From Veleropilina oligotropha (Eukaryota), in NCBI GenBank assembly GCA_048128005.1, contig JBEUKZ010000115.1:372001-436000 (forward strand): a stretch of 64,000 bases of DNA, read 5' to 3'. Below the pieces are notes generated by a model. That model was not told the DNA's origin. It was given only the letters and a program-made list of their open reading frames with translations, and made no database searches. A program made the position numbers and the translations under genes. Positions 1 through 15,102 of the stretch are shown piece after piece. Numbering within the stretch: the stretch's first letter is position 1; each line of letters begins with the position of its first letter.

Positions 1-1315
1 AGTTGGTCAGATATTTTTCTAGTAAAATTATGCCAGAAAAGCAAAGTTTAGCTGCAGGCGCCACAGATAATAGCTATTATTTAATTAAAACAGTTACCAA
101 TAACAAAACCCTGCTTAGTGATCACTGATGATATCTGCACAACCTGCTATTTCATTAATTATTTATGTGCAATAAAATATGCCCAAAATATTTGACGCCA
201 GTAGTATAATGGCACATAAACCTTTTATGGGGGGCGTATGATTTCACCAGCCTTGATGTTGTCCATGCACTTGCTCTACTGACCCCTGACGCCTAGTTAA
301 AGCATGCAGCCTGTCACTGGGTCATGGTTTTCATCTGCCAATGCTAGGCATATGTGAAAAAATCCCCTTCGTGCCCCTCCATCTGCTGGCTGAGGTGCAT
401 GGCCCAGTGACCTACATTCCTGAAACCTCATTGCTGCTGCTGTTGGTGCACCAGACATGATGCTGAGAGAGGCTGGCGATGGGGGTTAAATGATGCTTTG
501 CTGAATGTCATCAATATAAATTACCACAGACCACCCCAGGAGGGTTAGCACAGGTCTGTTTATCTGAATGTCTAATAAGTTATAGAATAAAAGAATAAAT
601 CAATAATTTTTTGTCATGAATGTGATGAAACCAGTTCAATTTTCAGAAACTGTTTATATGGCTCTGACTTAAAATTCGCTGCTGATTGTAAGAATAATTC
701 CATGAATTTTAATCATGATAAAAATGACCTACTGTAATGTAATTATGTTGTTTAACATACCGGTAACGTGAAATGGTACCGTCCCAATCGACCTGCATCC
801 TGAGATTTTGAAAGTCATGATTCGGTCGTCGATCAATCCATTTAAGAGATACATGCATGTACACTTTGTACAGGGTGTATGGTACACCCTGTTATCAAAG
901 TCCTGTTGTGTAAATTGTTGTACTAAACTAGAAACTTGCTTCCCGACACTGCAGATATTCAGATATTTATGTAAGTCTGTACTTCGTCACCAAATATGTT
1001 AATTTAAAGACAATGACATTGTTAGATTATTTCCCTTCATGCAGCGCTTCGTGAAATTTCATTCAATATGATAAAATCAATTAAGTGTATGATGATTACA
1101 CCCAATTTCTTACAAATGATCATAAATGTACGACCATATTTTGTCTATTCGTCGGTGTAATTACCCTCTATCAAAAGTTCTGGTATAGTACGTATATCTA
1201 AGAAGTTGTGAGGTGATCATCATGGTCATACTTAATGCAGTTTTACCTTCTTGGTTATACAGTACCTATGAATATTTACATGTTGGTGTTACAATTACAC
1301 ACACTATATGCCACT

Positions 1316-2119
1316 TTTTATGCCGCCACAAGTTGAATTTATTGTGGGGGAATTTAGATTTACCCTTGTCCGTCCCGTCCCGAAAACCAGTATTGCGTGC
1401 AAGTAACTTCATTCTGCTATAACTTCCATCTGCCTTTATGGATTGACTTGATACTTCATACACTTGCTTATCATCATTCAAATTCGCTTCTGCGACCCAC
1501 CCATGTCACACCTATGCCCAAGGTCAAGGTCAAATGACTTAGCTCTTCGGACCAGTATTTGCGTGCGAGTAACTCCATTCTGTTATGACTTCCATCTGCC
1601 TTCATGGATTGACTTGATACTTCATACACTTGCTTATCATCATTCATACTTCGCTTCTGCGACCCACCCATGTCGCCCCTAAGCCCAAGGTCAAGGTCAT
1701 ATGACTAATTCAAAAGCTCTTTGGAACAGTATATGTGTGCATGAGTAACTTCATTCTGCTATAACTTCCATCTGCCATCATGGATTGGCTTGATACTTCA
1801 TAGACACTTGCTTATCATTATCATCATTCATACTTCCCTTTTGCGACCCACCCATGTCGCCCCTATGCCCAAGGTCAAGATCAAATAATTTAACTTTTCG
1901 GACCAGTATTTGCATGCAAGTAACTCCATTCTGCTACATGTATAACTTCCATCTGCCCTCATGGATTGACTTGATAGATCATATATACTTATCATCATTC
2001 GTACTTCTCTTCCGAGACCCACCCATGCCTGTAAATAACTCCACAAAACGATCTTTGTTGCCCCTATGGTCAAGGTTGCCACTGGGGGCATTCGTGTCCG
2101 ATGGACACATTTCTAGTTT
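1316..2119 (+). mobile_element. Helentron-associated (HINE-like) non-autonomous element with about 170-190-bp internal tandem repeats
   Basis: Starts in a T run, subterminal IR atgccgcca/tgggggcat, gtcc microsatellite, about four diverged repeats, 3' hairpin gtgtccgatggacac, then ctagttt. Confidence 0.7.
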
Positions 2120-2143
2120 TTCCATCCTTTATCTCTGACCTAA

Positions 2144-3131
2144 GGCCGTGTTAAATTGATTCCTTGTTTCTTGTCCCATGATGTTTGTAAACCAAAGCGG
2201 TACAGCGGTAAACACAACACAACACTCATTTTCAACACAAAATTATACTAAAGAATTTTGAAGCTTCTATCCAGGTAAACGGTAGCCTGCTGCGCTATTT
2301 TTAAACTAAGTAAATTTACCACGCCCGAGGCGGCCATTATACACCACAAGATCCACAGGGATACAAGCGCTTCGCCGATTGGTTCACTGTCGAAATATCA
2401 GCCAATGGAAAATATCGTTACTTTAAAAGTTGTTTCCCCTGCTTAACGTTGTTGCGACGCATTCACATATCCTCGAATATTTACCGATAAACTGTTTTAT
2501 ATTTACAATAACAAATAGAAAACTATGCTATAAAACAACGCTTGGAAAGACAATATCCTTTATTTATTAGTATGACCTGGAAAGTAACGCTGTCTAAAAA
2601 CAAAAGGAAATACCCGACTCGTGTGCGCAGTTATGCCGTACACCAACATCGATATTTAGGTTGTCAATTTAAGGTAAAAAATAGATGCAATATAAATTAA
2701 AGTTACACCATATCTATGCACATTTCTCTGGAATTTGATAGTATATTAATATTTATGGTTTACATATGCTAATGAATTAAACTAGCGTGCGCGCCTATAG
2801 GTTATATTCATAAATGTGGCTAATATTTTGGCCCGATATTTTTTGACACAGACATAGGACATTTCCAAAGAGAGAATTAATCGTCGACGAAGGCGTCAAC
2901 AATTAATAAATTTAATAATAAACCGTATTAAAGCTAATATGGCTAACTAAAGTAATGTGATTGAGTAGAATTAATACAGAAAATGTATTTGTAAGAAAAC
3001 GACCTTCATCGATTTGGACAAAAAAAAAAAATGCTCAGAATTCCTGTGTTGTAAAGCCGTGCGCACGAAAATCGGGTCGCTGAACCAAAGCGCGCGCGGG
3101 ACAAGAAACAAGGAATCAATTTAACACGGCC
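2144..3131. mobile_element. Non-autonomous PIF/Harbinger-type MITE
   Basis: Perfect 34-bp TIR ggccgtgttaaattgattccttgtttcttgtccc; TAA on both flanks. Confidence 0.88.
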
Positions 3132-3258
3132 TAAAGTCTGCAACTGGCTCCTATGTAGTAGTGGCCTTGTAACAACTGGCCCCTATGTAATAATGGCCTT
3201 GTAATAAATGGCCCCTATTTATTAGTGGCCTTGTAACAATTAACTGGCCCCTATGTAT

Positions 3259-4336
3259 CAGGGCCGTAGCCAGGGGGGGTTCAAAGGTTGGAATGCCCTT
3301 AAAGTTCAAGTCAATATTTTTTTTACAGTAGCTCCTTTACAGTTATCAATTGAATATTTTATATTTTTTGAGCGCTGATTAACTTTTCAGTCAAGCCAGT
3401 TTGAGGCACACAGTTAATAGTGAATTAAAAACAGATTATTTACATCGTTAAGAATGCAGGAGAAGCTGTTTCACAGTTTTAAATACCAAAATTTTCTTGT
3501 GCTTGGTAATAGGGCCTCGCGCACTCCGGTGAAAGTAATCTAAAAACATTGCATTTGCAACATAATAATGCAGGAGAAGCTGTTTCACAGTTTTAAATAC
3601 TAAAATTTTCTTGAGCGTCGTTTCACAATTTTAAATACCGAAATGTTCTTGCGAGTGGGGATAGGGCCTCATGCACTCCATTGAAAGTAATCTAAAAACA
3701 TCGCATTTTCAACATCAGAATGCAGGAGAAGCTGTTCCACAGTTTTAAATACTAAAATTTTCTTGCGTGGGGCCTCATTCCCACGCACAACGTTGATAGA
3801 AAACTCGCTGTTATTGTTGTTAATTCTTATAATTATTATTGCAATGAACGAAAACGGGCACGATTTTTAAATCTTTTAAATGTTACAACTTTCTAAGTAT
3901 TTGGTCTAGCAACAAAATTCAATTACCATTTTTGTCTCGCCCCGAAGGGAAAGCGAGACTTAGGGATTGCATTTTCCGGCGTCATCGGCGGCGGCGTCGT
4001 CGGCGGCATGTCATTTTCGGTTAAAGTTTTTTCGGTTAAAGTTTTTCATTGAATGGAATTTTCTGATACATTGATATATATTTAAAGGGCGAGACATATC
4101 GGACCGTGGTTCTTGTTATGCTTACTTCAGTCACTTTCTAGTTGTGGTATTATTGTTACAAACAAAGGAATTTCATTATTTTGTCACATATCAACATTGG
4201 AAATTTGAGCCCCCCCTAAATCAATATTCTGTGACATGCCTTTGAGCGTATATATTCCAAATCATATTCATGGCCAATTACACCCCCAGCAAGGTATATT
4301 CAAACCCCCCTTCACAAAATCCTGGCTACGGCCCTG
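3259..4336. mobile_element. Non-autonomous TIR element with a 5-bp TSD, inserted into a 32-bp tandem repeat
   Basis: TIR cagggccgtagccagg / cctggctacggccctg; tgtat on both flanks; host repeat tggccttgtaacaactggcccctatgtattag continues on both sides (about 3140-4420). Confidence 0.82.
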
Positions 4337-5510
4337 TGTATTAGTGGCCTTGTAACAACTGGCCCCTATGTATTAGTGGCGTTGTAACAACTGGCCCCTA
4401 TATATTAGTGGCCTTGTATCCCATATAGATGGATTAATTAAGTAGCTGATCAAAATTGTAATGATTTTATTTATGTGCAGACAATGAAATTTCTGGAAAA
4501 TATTGCATTATTTATTGCAAATAAGAATCACAAATAATCAAAATTTAATGTTCAATTTCATTACCAATTCTATTAATTTGTAGAACATGTTAATAATAGG
4601 GAATGCGTTATATTTTCTGCACATAACTGTTCATTCTGCGCATTAAGCTTGGACAGACGTTATGTCAGACGTTCTGTCATTATCGTATAAGTGCATGCTA
4701 TTATCTCCTGCAAGAAATACCAGCCTCCACTGAGCTGCACTAACACCACATTCCTCGATCTGTGCATGAGGCAAGAATATTTAAAATAGTCTAATGTCAC
4801 TAAGTAAAGAACCGCATTAAAATTCAAAATTATTTGAAGGGATTTTAGTGTACAAAGCTTATTTCCATAATAAAGTATCAACTGTAACTTAATTTATGAG
4901 TATTAACAGACGTTTCATATGATGAACAGCAGGAAATTTCGTATGATAATTTATGCTGATAATGCGAGTGTTATTTATTAATGAGCATCTGATGAGCATT
5001 ATAATCCTGATATGTCTGAGTCTGGGTCTTGAGTGACATGACATTTAACAATGACATCCATCACAACAACGCTGGAATAATTAGCACCCGAGTGCTGTCC
5101 TGTATTGTCCAGAGGCAGGCAGCACACGCATTAATTGTCTCATTCCAGGATGAATGAAGCGACTTGTGGTAATTGTTGCAAAATGATGGCATATTCCAGT
5201 CAAAAACAAATGAAAATGCATGACACTATAAGATAGCAACAGTGAACTGCTGTAGTCAAAGACCAGAAATCTGAATTCATGACTTTCATCAAAGTTGTAA
5301 TTGTAAAGCTGTTAGAGTATATAATACCAGTACTGTGTGGGTTGGACTAAACAGATAGCCGAGTGGATAAGACCACAGACTTGATTGCTCTGGGTTCCAC
5401 ATGGGTTCGAATCATCGACGGGGTATGAAACTGAAAGTTGTTAAAAACGGGATATCAAGCAATGGAAAAGGGAGGAATTTTCTCAGCTCGACAACAAAAG
5501 ATATCTGATT

Positions 5511-6951
5511 CAGGCGCGGATTTAGAGGGGGGCCGACCCGGTTCCGACCTCCCCCCTTGTGCCAGCGGAACTGAATCTGTTGAATTGGCATCTCTGTATA
5601 AAAATGATGCATTACGATACTTTTGATAAAACCCAAGACTTATTTTGTATGTAAACTTGATATTTTTAATATGTAAATTAGTATTTACAAAAAATGTCAC
5701 CGATTTTTAACAAGTCCGATAGTCTTCGAAGTCCGAATCGATAACGCTTGAAGTACCGTACCGTTACTCATAATTTTGTCAAGGATTTAAATTTCCCGCG
5801 TTTTTTCCGACACCCAAATCGACCACCCATTTTGACCACAACGAAAATTGTAAAGTACAGATCAATTAGCAATCTTGATTTATCACCATGCACTCATACA
5901 TAATGATGATAAACATCATATTTGCACTGTCAGAATGCAGGAAAGAGGCATTCATAATGACCGTTAATTATCAGAATTAACATATTTCATAGTCAATATG
6001 CAACCTTTTACTCATATATAATACCGGTAGCGATAATGGTCTTAAATTGTTAGTAAAAACACTTCGTATTTGCATTTTCAGAATGCAGGAGAGGGGGTTT
6101 GAACTTTCATAATTATCATAATTTTCTTCAAATTTACTCAATACATCTCAGAATGTAGGAGATGGGTTTTACACCATTAATTGTCGAAATTTTCCTCCGT
6201 GTGAGACATTAATTTTCGTAGTAGATTACAAATTGCATCCTTGATCACATTCATATTTGTGAAAATGTTCATAATGTTGGTAAAAAACATTGTGTTTGCA
6301 ATCTCACTATGCAGCAGAGGGGGTTTCATACCGTTAATTATGAAATTTTTCTTCAATGTGCAACATATTACATATATATAGTGGCGAAAATGTTCATAAA
6401 TGTTGGTAAAAAAACATTGTATTTGCACTGTCGTAATGCAGGAGAGGGGTTTTCACATCATTAATCGTATGACACATATATCATAGTAGGTTACATGTCA
6501 GATTTCAACCGTAATTTACTCTTCCATACATGGCGAAATGTATGTTTCTTAATGTAGGTAAAATATCGTATTTGCATTCATTTCTGTATGGAAGTTTGCA
6601 ATTAACGATATAAATTTATAATGTGTTATATTATTAAAATTTTAGAATAAAGCGCCATAAAAACACGTTAATTTATGCCAGATTCGACGCAAAGTTTAAT
6701 TTCATCAATGAAGAGTAGGCCTATGCCTGCAGCCATTCTAAGATTATTGGCATTTATCATAATTTTAGATAATATTTTCTGTCCATTAAAGTCTAATTTT
6801 AAGAGAATTAAAGTGGTCAATATAAATGCTAGAATGCAGGAGAACGCATCTAAGAGCATTTATAACGAAAAAAAATTCGGGGGTAACCCAAGCCCCCAAC
6901 CCCCCTAGCAGACAACCAACCCCCTTTTCAGAAATCCTGGATCCGCCCCTA
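5511..6951. mobile_element. Non-autonomous TIR element with a 5-bp TSD, related to 3259-4336
   Basis: Imperfect TIR caggcgcggatttag / ctggatccgccccta; tgatt on both flanks; internal repeats with the (a)atgcaggaga core also seen in 3259-4336. Confidence 0.68.
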
Positions 6952-7110
6952 TGATTTAATGACAAAACTTGTTGGGTGAGTTGACCATCATTCAATAAAG
7001 ACCAATGCAGTACATGATATTAATGCCAAGTTTTTGCCCATGTTTGAAAACATCTGGAATATTGTGTATCATTTATGTTACTCATGTTGAAATTTAAATT
7101 GTACTTGCAT

Positions 7111-10100
7111 ATTTGTCCCCCGCTGCCTATCGGGCGGACGGGGGATATCGAATCCGCGTTCGTGTGTCCGTCTCGGATTTTCTCTCATCTTTTTTTGCCA
7201 TTTAGAGAAATGCGAGCTTTACGAAACTTTACAGATGAACTAACCACATCATTGGGTAGATTAAGTTCGAAGATTGGAAATTTATTTTGAAAACTTGTTT
7301 TTTTGGCGAGTTTACGGCGAATTTGAACATAGCCTCTGGAAGCATGAATATGGTCAATTTCTCACATTGTTTTTTTCCATTTAGAGAAATACTAGCTTTC
7401 TGAAACTACAGATTTACTAACCACAGTTCGAATATTGTGAACTTATTTTTAAAATTTATTGGGGTTTTTTGTGATTTTCAGCAATTTTGAACATAGTCTC
7501 TGGAAGCATGGCTGTGATCTATTTCTCACATCTTTTTTTACATTTAGAGATGGTAGCTTTCTGAAACTGAGCTGAGGGAGGCACATACATGTCCTTCCGA
7601 TTTGTCGCACCTCCCCACCCCCATCCCTCATGCTGCCACCCCTCCCCCAAATATAATTTATGAAAAAGTTACATGATTTATTTTTGCTATGCCTAAACAC
7701 TATACAGGGCCCTAGCTAGATAGCTATTTGCTAGTAGGTTTGTCATGTTAGCTAGTTAAAAATATATCCACTAGAAAATCGTTGCTAGTTGTAATTATTA
7801 ATAAGGAATATTTTACCTATGAATAAATCAAATGGTTTTCCCAAAGAAACAAATTGCAACATATGATAAGTTTAACGATATCGCTGATAATTGTACGGCT
7901 GATGTGGAACCATCTCGGCCACTCATGCTACCGGAAAATGTCGATAGTATCTATTAATGGAAACACAGAATATTTGGTAGACTTTGCGTGTGAACTTCGA
8001 CAGTAGTGTTCGGAGATAAACGGAAACAACCCTATGTGTTTTTTAACTAGGCATACAAATAAAGTCTGGTTTATTTTTTTATCAGATTGCAATAAACTAC
8101 ATATTAGCTTATTATTCAATATTTGAGACTCTCCTTTGATGACAATTTATTCCATCACGCAGTGAGCGCAATTTCTATATGGTACCAGACTGTCGACGAC
8201 ATTGTCAGTTGACTAGTGCAGCAGGGGTCAGTCAGGTCTGTTATTGAGTTTAGTGTATCATTGGATTCTGCAGTCATACATACTTGGGCAGTGGTGATAT
8301 ATTTATGAAATAATTATATATTATATAGGCCTATATAAATACCGGTACAATATTATATCGCTAGATGGTCATTTCTTTTTGCTAGTTACAATTTTATCAA
8401 CTAGCAAAGGTTTGCTAGTGCCTAAAAAAGTAAATTTCGAGCCCTGTTATATAATAGCAGTTATTCTGAAAAGTTTAATTATACCTTGAAATATTGAGAA
8501 TAGAAAGGAAGTAGATATAGTATGTAAGTATTATGTTTGTATGATGAAAGGGACATATGCTTATCTGTAAGACTTGCTCACTGCCGATAGGCACAGTAAG
8601 CTGTTAAGCTTAATGGTCACTCTGAGAAGCTGGGATTATCAAAATCAGATGGATTTTGAAAACTGGCTTCCCCATTGGTTTATTCCATGGGTATTTTGAG
8701 ATGGCAGTATATATTGCCATAACAAGAACAGACTGTATCCAGTGTCTAATATCACCATCCTCAACTGGTCAAGGTTAGAGTCATTATCGGTATACTATTT
8801 TGTCATGGATTGGCTTCTAAATATATTTAATATCGAGCATATAATAATAAGATTTTGTCTTTATTTCTGTTTCTCTGAAACTTTAAGTTTTACAATAACT
8901 ATATTAGGATCAGCACTGCATAGGTAGTACTTCTGAATTGTTACTTTACAAACTGAAAATGTGGCCCTTTTCAAAGTAAACTGGAATGGGTGAGACATAT
9001 AATTTTGCGCAATTTCTTTTTTGGTGACTTTTCAGCACTTCTGAACATAGTCTCTGTATGGGATAAACTACTCTATAGCGTTGAATAGTTCAGAGAATAC
9101 ACTCCTTGTCGAGGGCCGTGAGGCCCGAGACAGGAGTGTTTTCTCTGAACTATTCAACGCTATCGAGTAGTTTATGTCACTTAAAACATTTCACCATTGA
9201 ACAATAGCCTCATTCCCCACCAGGTACCTCTATTGTAGTTAATTGGAGTGCATTAGTTGAATGAAAGTCTTAATTGCCGTGTATTAGATGAATGCCTTTA
9301 AACTATTCCACGGCTAGGTCAACAAAGCTTTGTTCTTCGATTGAATAAGCAGAATAAACAACTGCCCAGAACAATAGATGACGTCACAGAAATGTTTTAA
9401 GGATGCATAGATGTGATCTATTTTCTCACAATTTTTTTCATATCGAGAATTTCTAGCTTTCTCAAACATGACCGATCAATTAATCACATCAAAGTTATGA
9501 ATGACAGTTGTCCGTAACTGGCCCAAGAGGGCGGGTTTCACCGGGCGACCGGGCTTTCCTCCCGCAATAATACGAACATGTCCTGGCTAGAACCTAAATA
9601 GGTTGGAAATATACAGGACAATAAGCATTGATCCTTTCCTTTTTCCGTTTCGAATATGGGGAATGTTTTTTTAAGTTTATGGATTTTTTTGCGATTTTGT
9701 ACATTACAAGTCTCTGCAAGCATGGATGTGGTCAATATTGTCACATGCACTTATTTCATTTTCAGAGATGCTAGCTTTCTAAAACTTTACAGATCAATTA
9801 ACCCCATCATGGGGTGGGTAGATCAGGTTCAAATATTGGGGATTTTTTGAAACCTTGACTCGAGATATTGCTGACTTTTGCTGATTTAAAACATAGTCTT
9901 TGGATGTATGGAATTTATCAATTTTCTCTCAACTCTATTTTCCATTTAGAGAAACGTTAGCTTTCTGAAACTTCACAGTTCAACTTAAACCACATAATGG
10001 GATGGATAAAGTTCGAATAATGAAAATTATTTAATTAATGTACTTGAAGTATATTTACACTTAGTCTCTGGGTGCATATCTATTCCTTTAGCCTCTGATG

Positions 10101-10212
10101 GCAGGAAATCTTTCTTAATTCTCATTGAGTTACTGTTACACAGCGTGAAAAAATATATGCGGTCAATAATACGGGCAGGGGATAATCGCCACTTAGTGGC
10201 AATCACTTGTTT
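7111..10212 (+). mobile_element. HINE-like element, expanded by nested insertions
   Basis: 5' ttgtccccgctgcc..gtgtgtccgtc; dispersed units with tttagaga..ctagctttctgaaac; 3' ggcaggggataa plus hairpin gccacttagtggc, then cttgttt. Confidence 0.6.
9059..9400. mobile_element. Palindromic dispersed element (Crypton-like non-autonomous?); second copy at about 25714-26020
   Basis: About 115-bp near-perfect hairpin followed by a body bounded by ttaaaacatttc/gaaatgttttaa; near-identical second copy. Confidence 0.6.
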
Positions 10213-10298
10213 ATTCAATTATACACTTCTAAATAACGTATGAAACTCAGTGAAGATAAATATTTAAATAAGTTTAAATATTTATTTTAAAACAGTCA

Positions 10299-11853
10299 TT
10301 GTATCCCCCGAAACGAAAGTATCGTCCGTTACGCCACCGCCGCCGAGAGATTCCTCGTGATCGCACTAGACTGGCCATTTCTTAACGGAATGTTTTCAAA
10401 TGTGGTATGTGCATTGGTTGGGGCGAGCACACGACACCTATAAAATTTGGGTGTGGTCCAACCTCCAAGATGGCCGCCACGGCCTCCATCTTGGATTTTA
10501 AACATAATTCCTTGTGATCACACTAGACAGGCCGATTCTTAATGGAATGTTTTCAAATTTGGCATGTGCATTGGTTGGGACGAGGACACGGCAACTATAG
10601 AATTTGGGTGTGGTCCGACCTCCAAGATGGCCGCTGTGGCCTCCATCTTGGATTTTAAGCATAATTCTTTGTGATCGCTCTAGACAGGCCATTTTTTAAC
10701 GGAATGTTTTCAAATTTGGTATGTGAATTGGTTGGGGCGAGGACACGACACCTATATATTTTGGGTCGCGTGACCCCAATATTTTGGCGGCCATCTTGAA
10801 TTTCATTAGAAAATTATTTTCTTTTATAAATTTGTTAATATTTAACCTAGCAGGATATGATTTATATATTCAGATACCAGAGGTAATTGTCTAAAATATC
10901 ATGGAAGTGGATTTTCTATTTTTAAATTTAACCAGCGGCCATATTGGATTTAAATTTTGACGTAGTAGTCGACATTTACCAATTATGCCAGATAAAATTA
11001 AAAAGCAGGAAGTGCATCGGTGGCCATCAAAGCATTTGTTTCAAGTGTCAATATATAAAAAAGGATGTACTATGGACACATAGATTACAATGAGGAGCCT
11101 ATGGGAAGTCATGGTTGATCTTTCACATGTTACCTTGGCCGTTGACCTACATTGCAGGAAATGACCTAATTAAGGAAAAAGACATGTTTGCCAGGAAATG
11201 GCCAACTCGGTTAATATTGATGCTGGAGCTTAGATATGTTAAATGAGGGAAATAAAAAATTCGAAAAACGAACAAACTGGCGGCCACATTTTTCTTAAAA
11301 AGGCCATAACTCGAGACCGACGTGGTGTACAGACCTGAAATTTGCGGCATTCGATTTAGTGGACATATGTATATATTAAAATTTTTTAAGGGAAAATATA
11401 TCTTCGCATGTATTATTTACGAGTATGCACAAAACGACATATATTTTGGGTGTGGTCTGACCTCCAAGATGGCCGCCACGAGCACCATAATTGCTTGTGA
11501 TTGCTCTGGATAGACCATTTCTTAACATAATATTTTCAAATTTGGTATGTGCATTGGTTGGGGCGAGGACACGATACCTATAGATTTAGGGTGTGGTCCA
11601 ACCTCCAAGATGGCCGCCACGGCCACCATAATTGCTTGTGATCGCTCTAGTTTCTTAACGGAATGTTTTCAAATTTGGTATGTGCATTGGTTTGGATGCA
11701 GAAATGACACTTAGAGATTTTGATGTGGTCCGACCTCCAAGATTGCTGCTGTGGCCTCCATCTTGGATTTTAAAGCATAATTCCTTGTGATCGCTCTAGA
11801 CAGGTCATTACTGGGGGATACATATGCGGTCACTCGTGACTGAGCATCTAGTT
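10299..11853 (+). mobile_element. HINE-like element with about 120-130-bp internal repeats (caagatggccgcc core)
   Basis: Subterminal IR gtatccccc/gggggatac, 3' hairpin gtcactcgtgac, ctagtt end; second copy at 24053-24983. Confidence 0.75.
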
Positions 11854-12982
11854 AAGGATAGTACGAACTAGAATGCATTGCAAATGTTATTAGACATCGT
11901 TTATTGCATTCCATCCTCTACTAGTGCATAAGATTTGATCTTGAAAAATTATTTGAATAAATGTAGTTTTCTGGCCTGAAATCTTCTTTGAATATACCTT
12001 CTCAGCAGGATGGGAGGATCACTGCTGGACATTATCAGCAGCGGAAGTGGAGGCAGTTTGGAGAAAGTGGGCGGGCGGGAACAATGTCCTCGCAAATAAC
12101 CACTTGGCAGTTTTGCAATTTTGCAAATGTGAGTGGCATTTATGAATGTAAATTCTCAGAGTAGTTACATAGGATGTAAACTGTTTATCGTCAAGCAACT
12201 GGTTGACACCTGGTGCATTAGCATATATGCATCCCAGATGGAGAAACAGTAAGTGAGCTCAGTGGATATCATAAATACCAAGAACATGGTTATAGATTCA
12301 GGGGAATTGAGTTTGAAATACAATATCGTATGGTCCATGTATTTTGACCGTTTTATACGTTTTTCTTCCATAATGTTGATTCCTGGAGATCTGCCAATCC
12401 ATGAGTGTGCTGTTGTCATCGTCATGTTCCGGAGTTAATTATAAGTTGACACGTCATCATTAGAAGCATAATATTGGTAATTTTATTAATAAGTATGTCG
12501 GTAATCTTGTCATATGTTAAATTTTATACTTGCGTGTTGAACTAACATCGATCGTCAAGTGAGACAATAGAAACAGATTAGTCTAATTCTAATTTCCAAT
12601 TTATCGTAATATTAATTTGAGCCAACAAGTGTCACATGGGGTGCCCCCAGATTAGCGTATATTATAATGTCATAATGCTGTATAGATTACGGTTAAGTGA
12701 AGCAACACTGGATACTTTTTAAATTATGTCATTCTGTGAGAGAGACATTCTTTAGCATACTACGAACAAAATATAATTTTTATTTTATAATTAGTAAGAA
12801 CTATTATTTAACATAGTAGAAACATAGTCACAATATATACCTTAAGTAAGAACTATAATAATTTTTGGTATAATCCTGATGTCTATAGATTTTCATAAAT
12901 AGAAACATTTCCATGTGTGTAGAGTATGAATCAGAAATTGAATGGTACAAATAACATAAATAAGTGAAGACAATTTTGAATT

Positions 12983-15102
12983 TTTGTTCTAATGCCCATG
13001 CATCCTGCCTGCATGGAGACCGGTCCGACAGTCGTGTGGTTTTGTTCTAATGCCCATGCATCCTGCCTGCATGGAGACTGGTCCGACAGTCGTGTGGTTT
13101 TGTTCTAATGCCCATGCATCCTGCCTGCATGGAGACCGGTCCGACAGTCGTGTGGTTTTGTTCTAATGCCCATGCATCCTGCCTGCATGGAGACCGGTCC
13201 GACAGTCGTGTGGTTTTGTTCTAATGCCCATGCATCCTGCCTGCATGGAGACCGGTCCGACAGTCGTGTGGTTTTGTTCTAATGCCCATGCATCCTGCCT
13301 GCATGGAGACCGGTCCGACAGTCGTGTGGTTTTGTTCGAATGCCCATGCATCCTGCCTGCATGGAGACCGGTCCGACAGTCGTGTGGTTTTGTTCGAATG
13401 CCCATGCATCCTGCCTGCATGGAGACCGGTCCGACAGTCGTGTGGTTTTGTTCTAATGCCCATGCATCCTGCCTGCATGGAGACCGGTCCGACAGTCGTG
13501 TGGTTTTGTTCTAATGCCCATGCATCCTGCCTGCATGGAGACTGGTCCGACAGTCGTGTGGTTTTGTTCGAATGCCCATGCATCCTGCCTGCATGGAGAC
13601 CGGTCCGACAGTCGTGTGGTTTTGTTCTAATGCCCATGCATCCTGCCTGCATGGAGACCGGTCCGACAGTCGTGTGGTTTTGTTCTAATGCCCATGCATC
13701 CTGCCTGCATGGAGACCGGTCCGACAGTCGTGTGGTTTTGTTCGAATGCCCATGCATCCTGCCTGCATGGAGACCGGTCCGACAGTCGTGTGGTTTTGTT
13801 CGAATGCCCATGCATCCTGCCTGCATGGAGACCGGTCCGACAGTCGTGTGGTTTTGTTCTAATGCCCATGCATCCTGCCTGCATGGAGACCGGTCCGACA
13901 GTCGTGTGGTTTTGTTCTAATGCCCATGCATCCTGCCTGCATGGAGACTGGTCCGACAGTCGTGTGGTTTTGTTCGAATGCCCATGCATCCTGCCTGCAT
14001 GGAGACCGGTCCGACAGTCGTGTGGTTTTGTTCTAATGCCCATGCATCCTGCCTGCATGGAGACCGGTCCGACAGTCGTGTGGTTTTGTTCTAATGCCCA
14101 TGCATCCTGCCTGCATGGAGACCGGTCCGACAGTCGTGTGGTTTTGTTCTAATGCCCATGCATCCTGCCTGCATGGAGACCGGTCCGACAGTCGTGTGGT
14201 TTTGTTCTAATGCCCATGCATCCTGCCTGCATGGAGACCGGTCCGACAGTCGTGTGGTTTCTAATGCCCATGCATCCTGCCTGCATGGAGACCGGTCCGA
14301 CAGTCGTGTGGTTTCTAATGCCCATGCATCCTGCCTGCATGGAGACTGCTCCGACAGTCGTGTGGTTTCTAATGCCCATGCATCCTGCCTGCATGGAGAC
14401 CGCTCCGACAGTCGTGTGGTTTCTAATGCCCATGCATCCTGCCTGCATGGAGACCGGTCCGACAGTCGTGTGGTTTTGTTCTAATGCCCATGCATCCTGC
14501 CTGCATGGAGACCGGTCCGACAGTCGTGTGGTTTTGTTCTAATGCCCATGCATCCTGCCTGCATGGAGACCGGTCCGACAGTCGTGTGGTTTTGTTCTAA
14601 TGCCCATGCATCCTGCCTGCATGGAGACCGGTCCGACAGTCGTGTGGTTTTGTTCTAATGCCCATGCATCCTGCCTGCATGGAGACTGCTCCGACAGTCG
14701 TGTGGTTTCTAATGCCCATGCATCCTGCCTGCATGGAGACCGCTCCGACAGTCGTGTGGTTTCTAATGCCCATGCATCCTGCCTGCATGGAGACCGGTCC
14801 GACAGTCGTGTGGTTTTGTTCTAATGCCCATGCATCCTGCCTGCATGGAGACCGGTCCGACAGTCGTGTGGTTTTGTTCTAATGCCCATGCATCCTGCCT
14901 GCATGGAGACCGGTCCGACAGTCGTGTGGTTTTGTTCTAATGCCCATGCATCCTGCCTGCATGGAGACCGGTCCGACAGTCGTGTGGTTTTGTTCTAATG
15001 CCCATGCATCCTGCCTGCATGGAGACTGGTCCGACAGTCGTGTGGTTTCTAATGCCCATGCATCCTGCCTGCATGGAGACCGCTCCGACAGTCGTGTGGT
15101 TT
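12983..15102. repeat. 58-bp minisatellite with 53-bp variants, about 37 copies
   Basis: Unit ttttgttctaatgcccatgcatcctgcctgcatggagaccggtccgacagtcgtgtgg; near-identical copies, no spacers. Confidence 0.97.

Noticed and set aside
7705..8446. cagggc..gccctg bounded segment as a TIR element
   Set aside because: TIR very short and flanks only partly match (ctata/ttata); not enough support to list.
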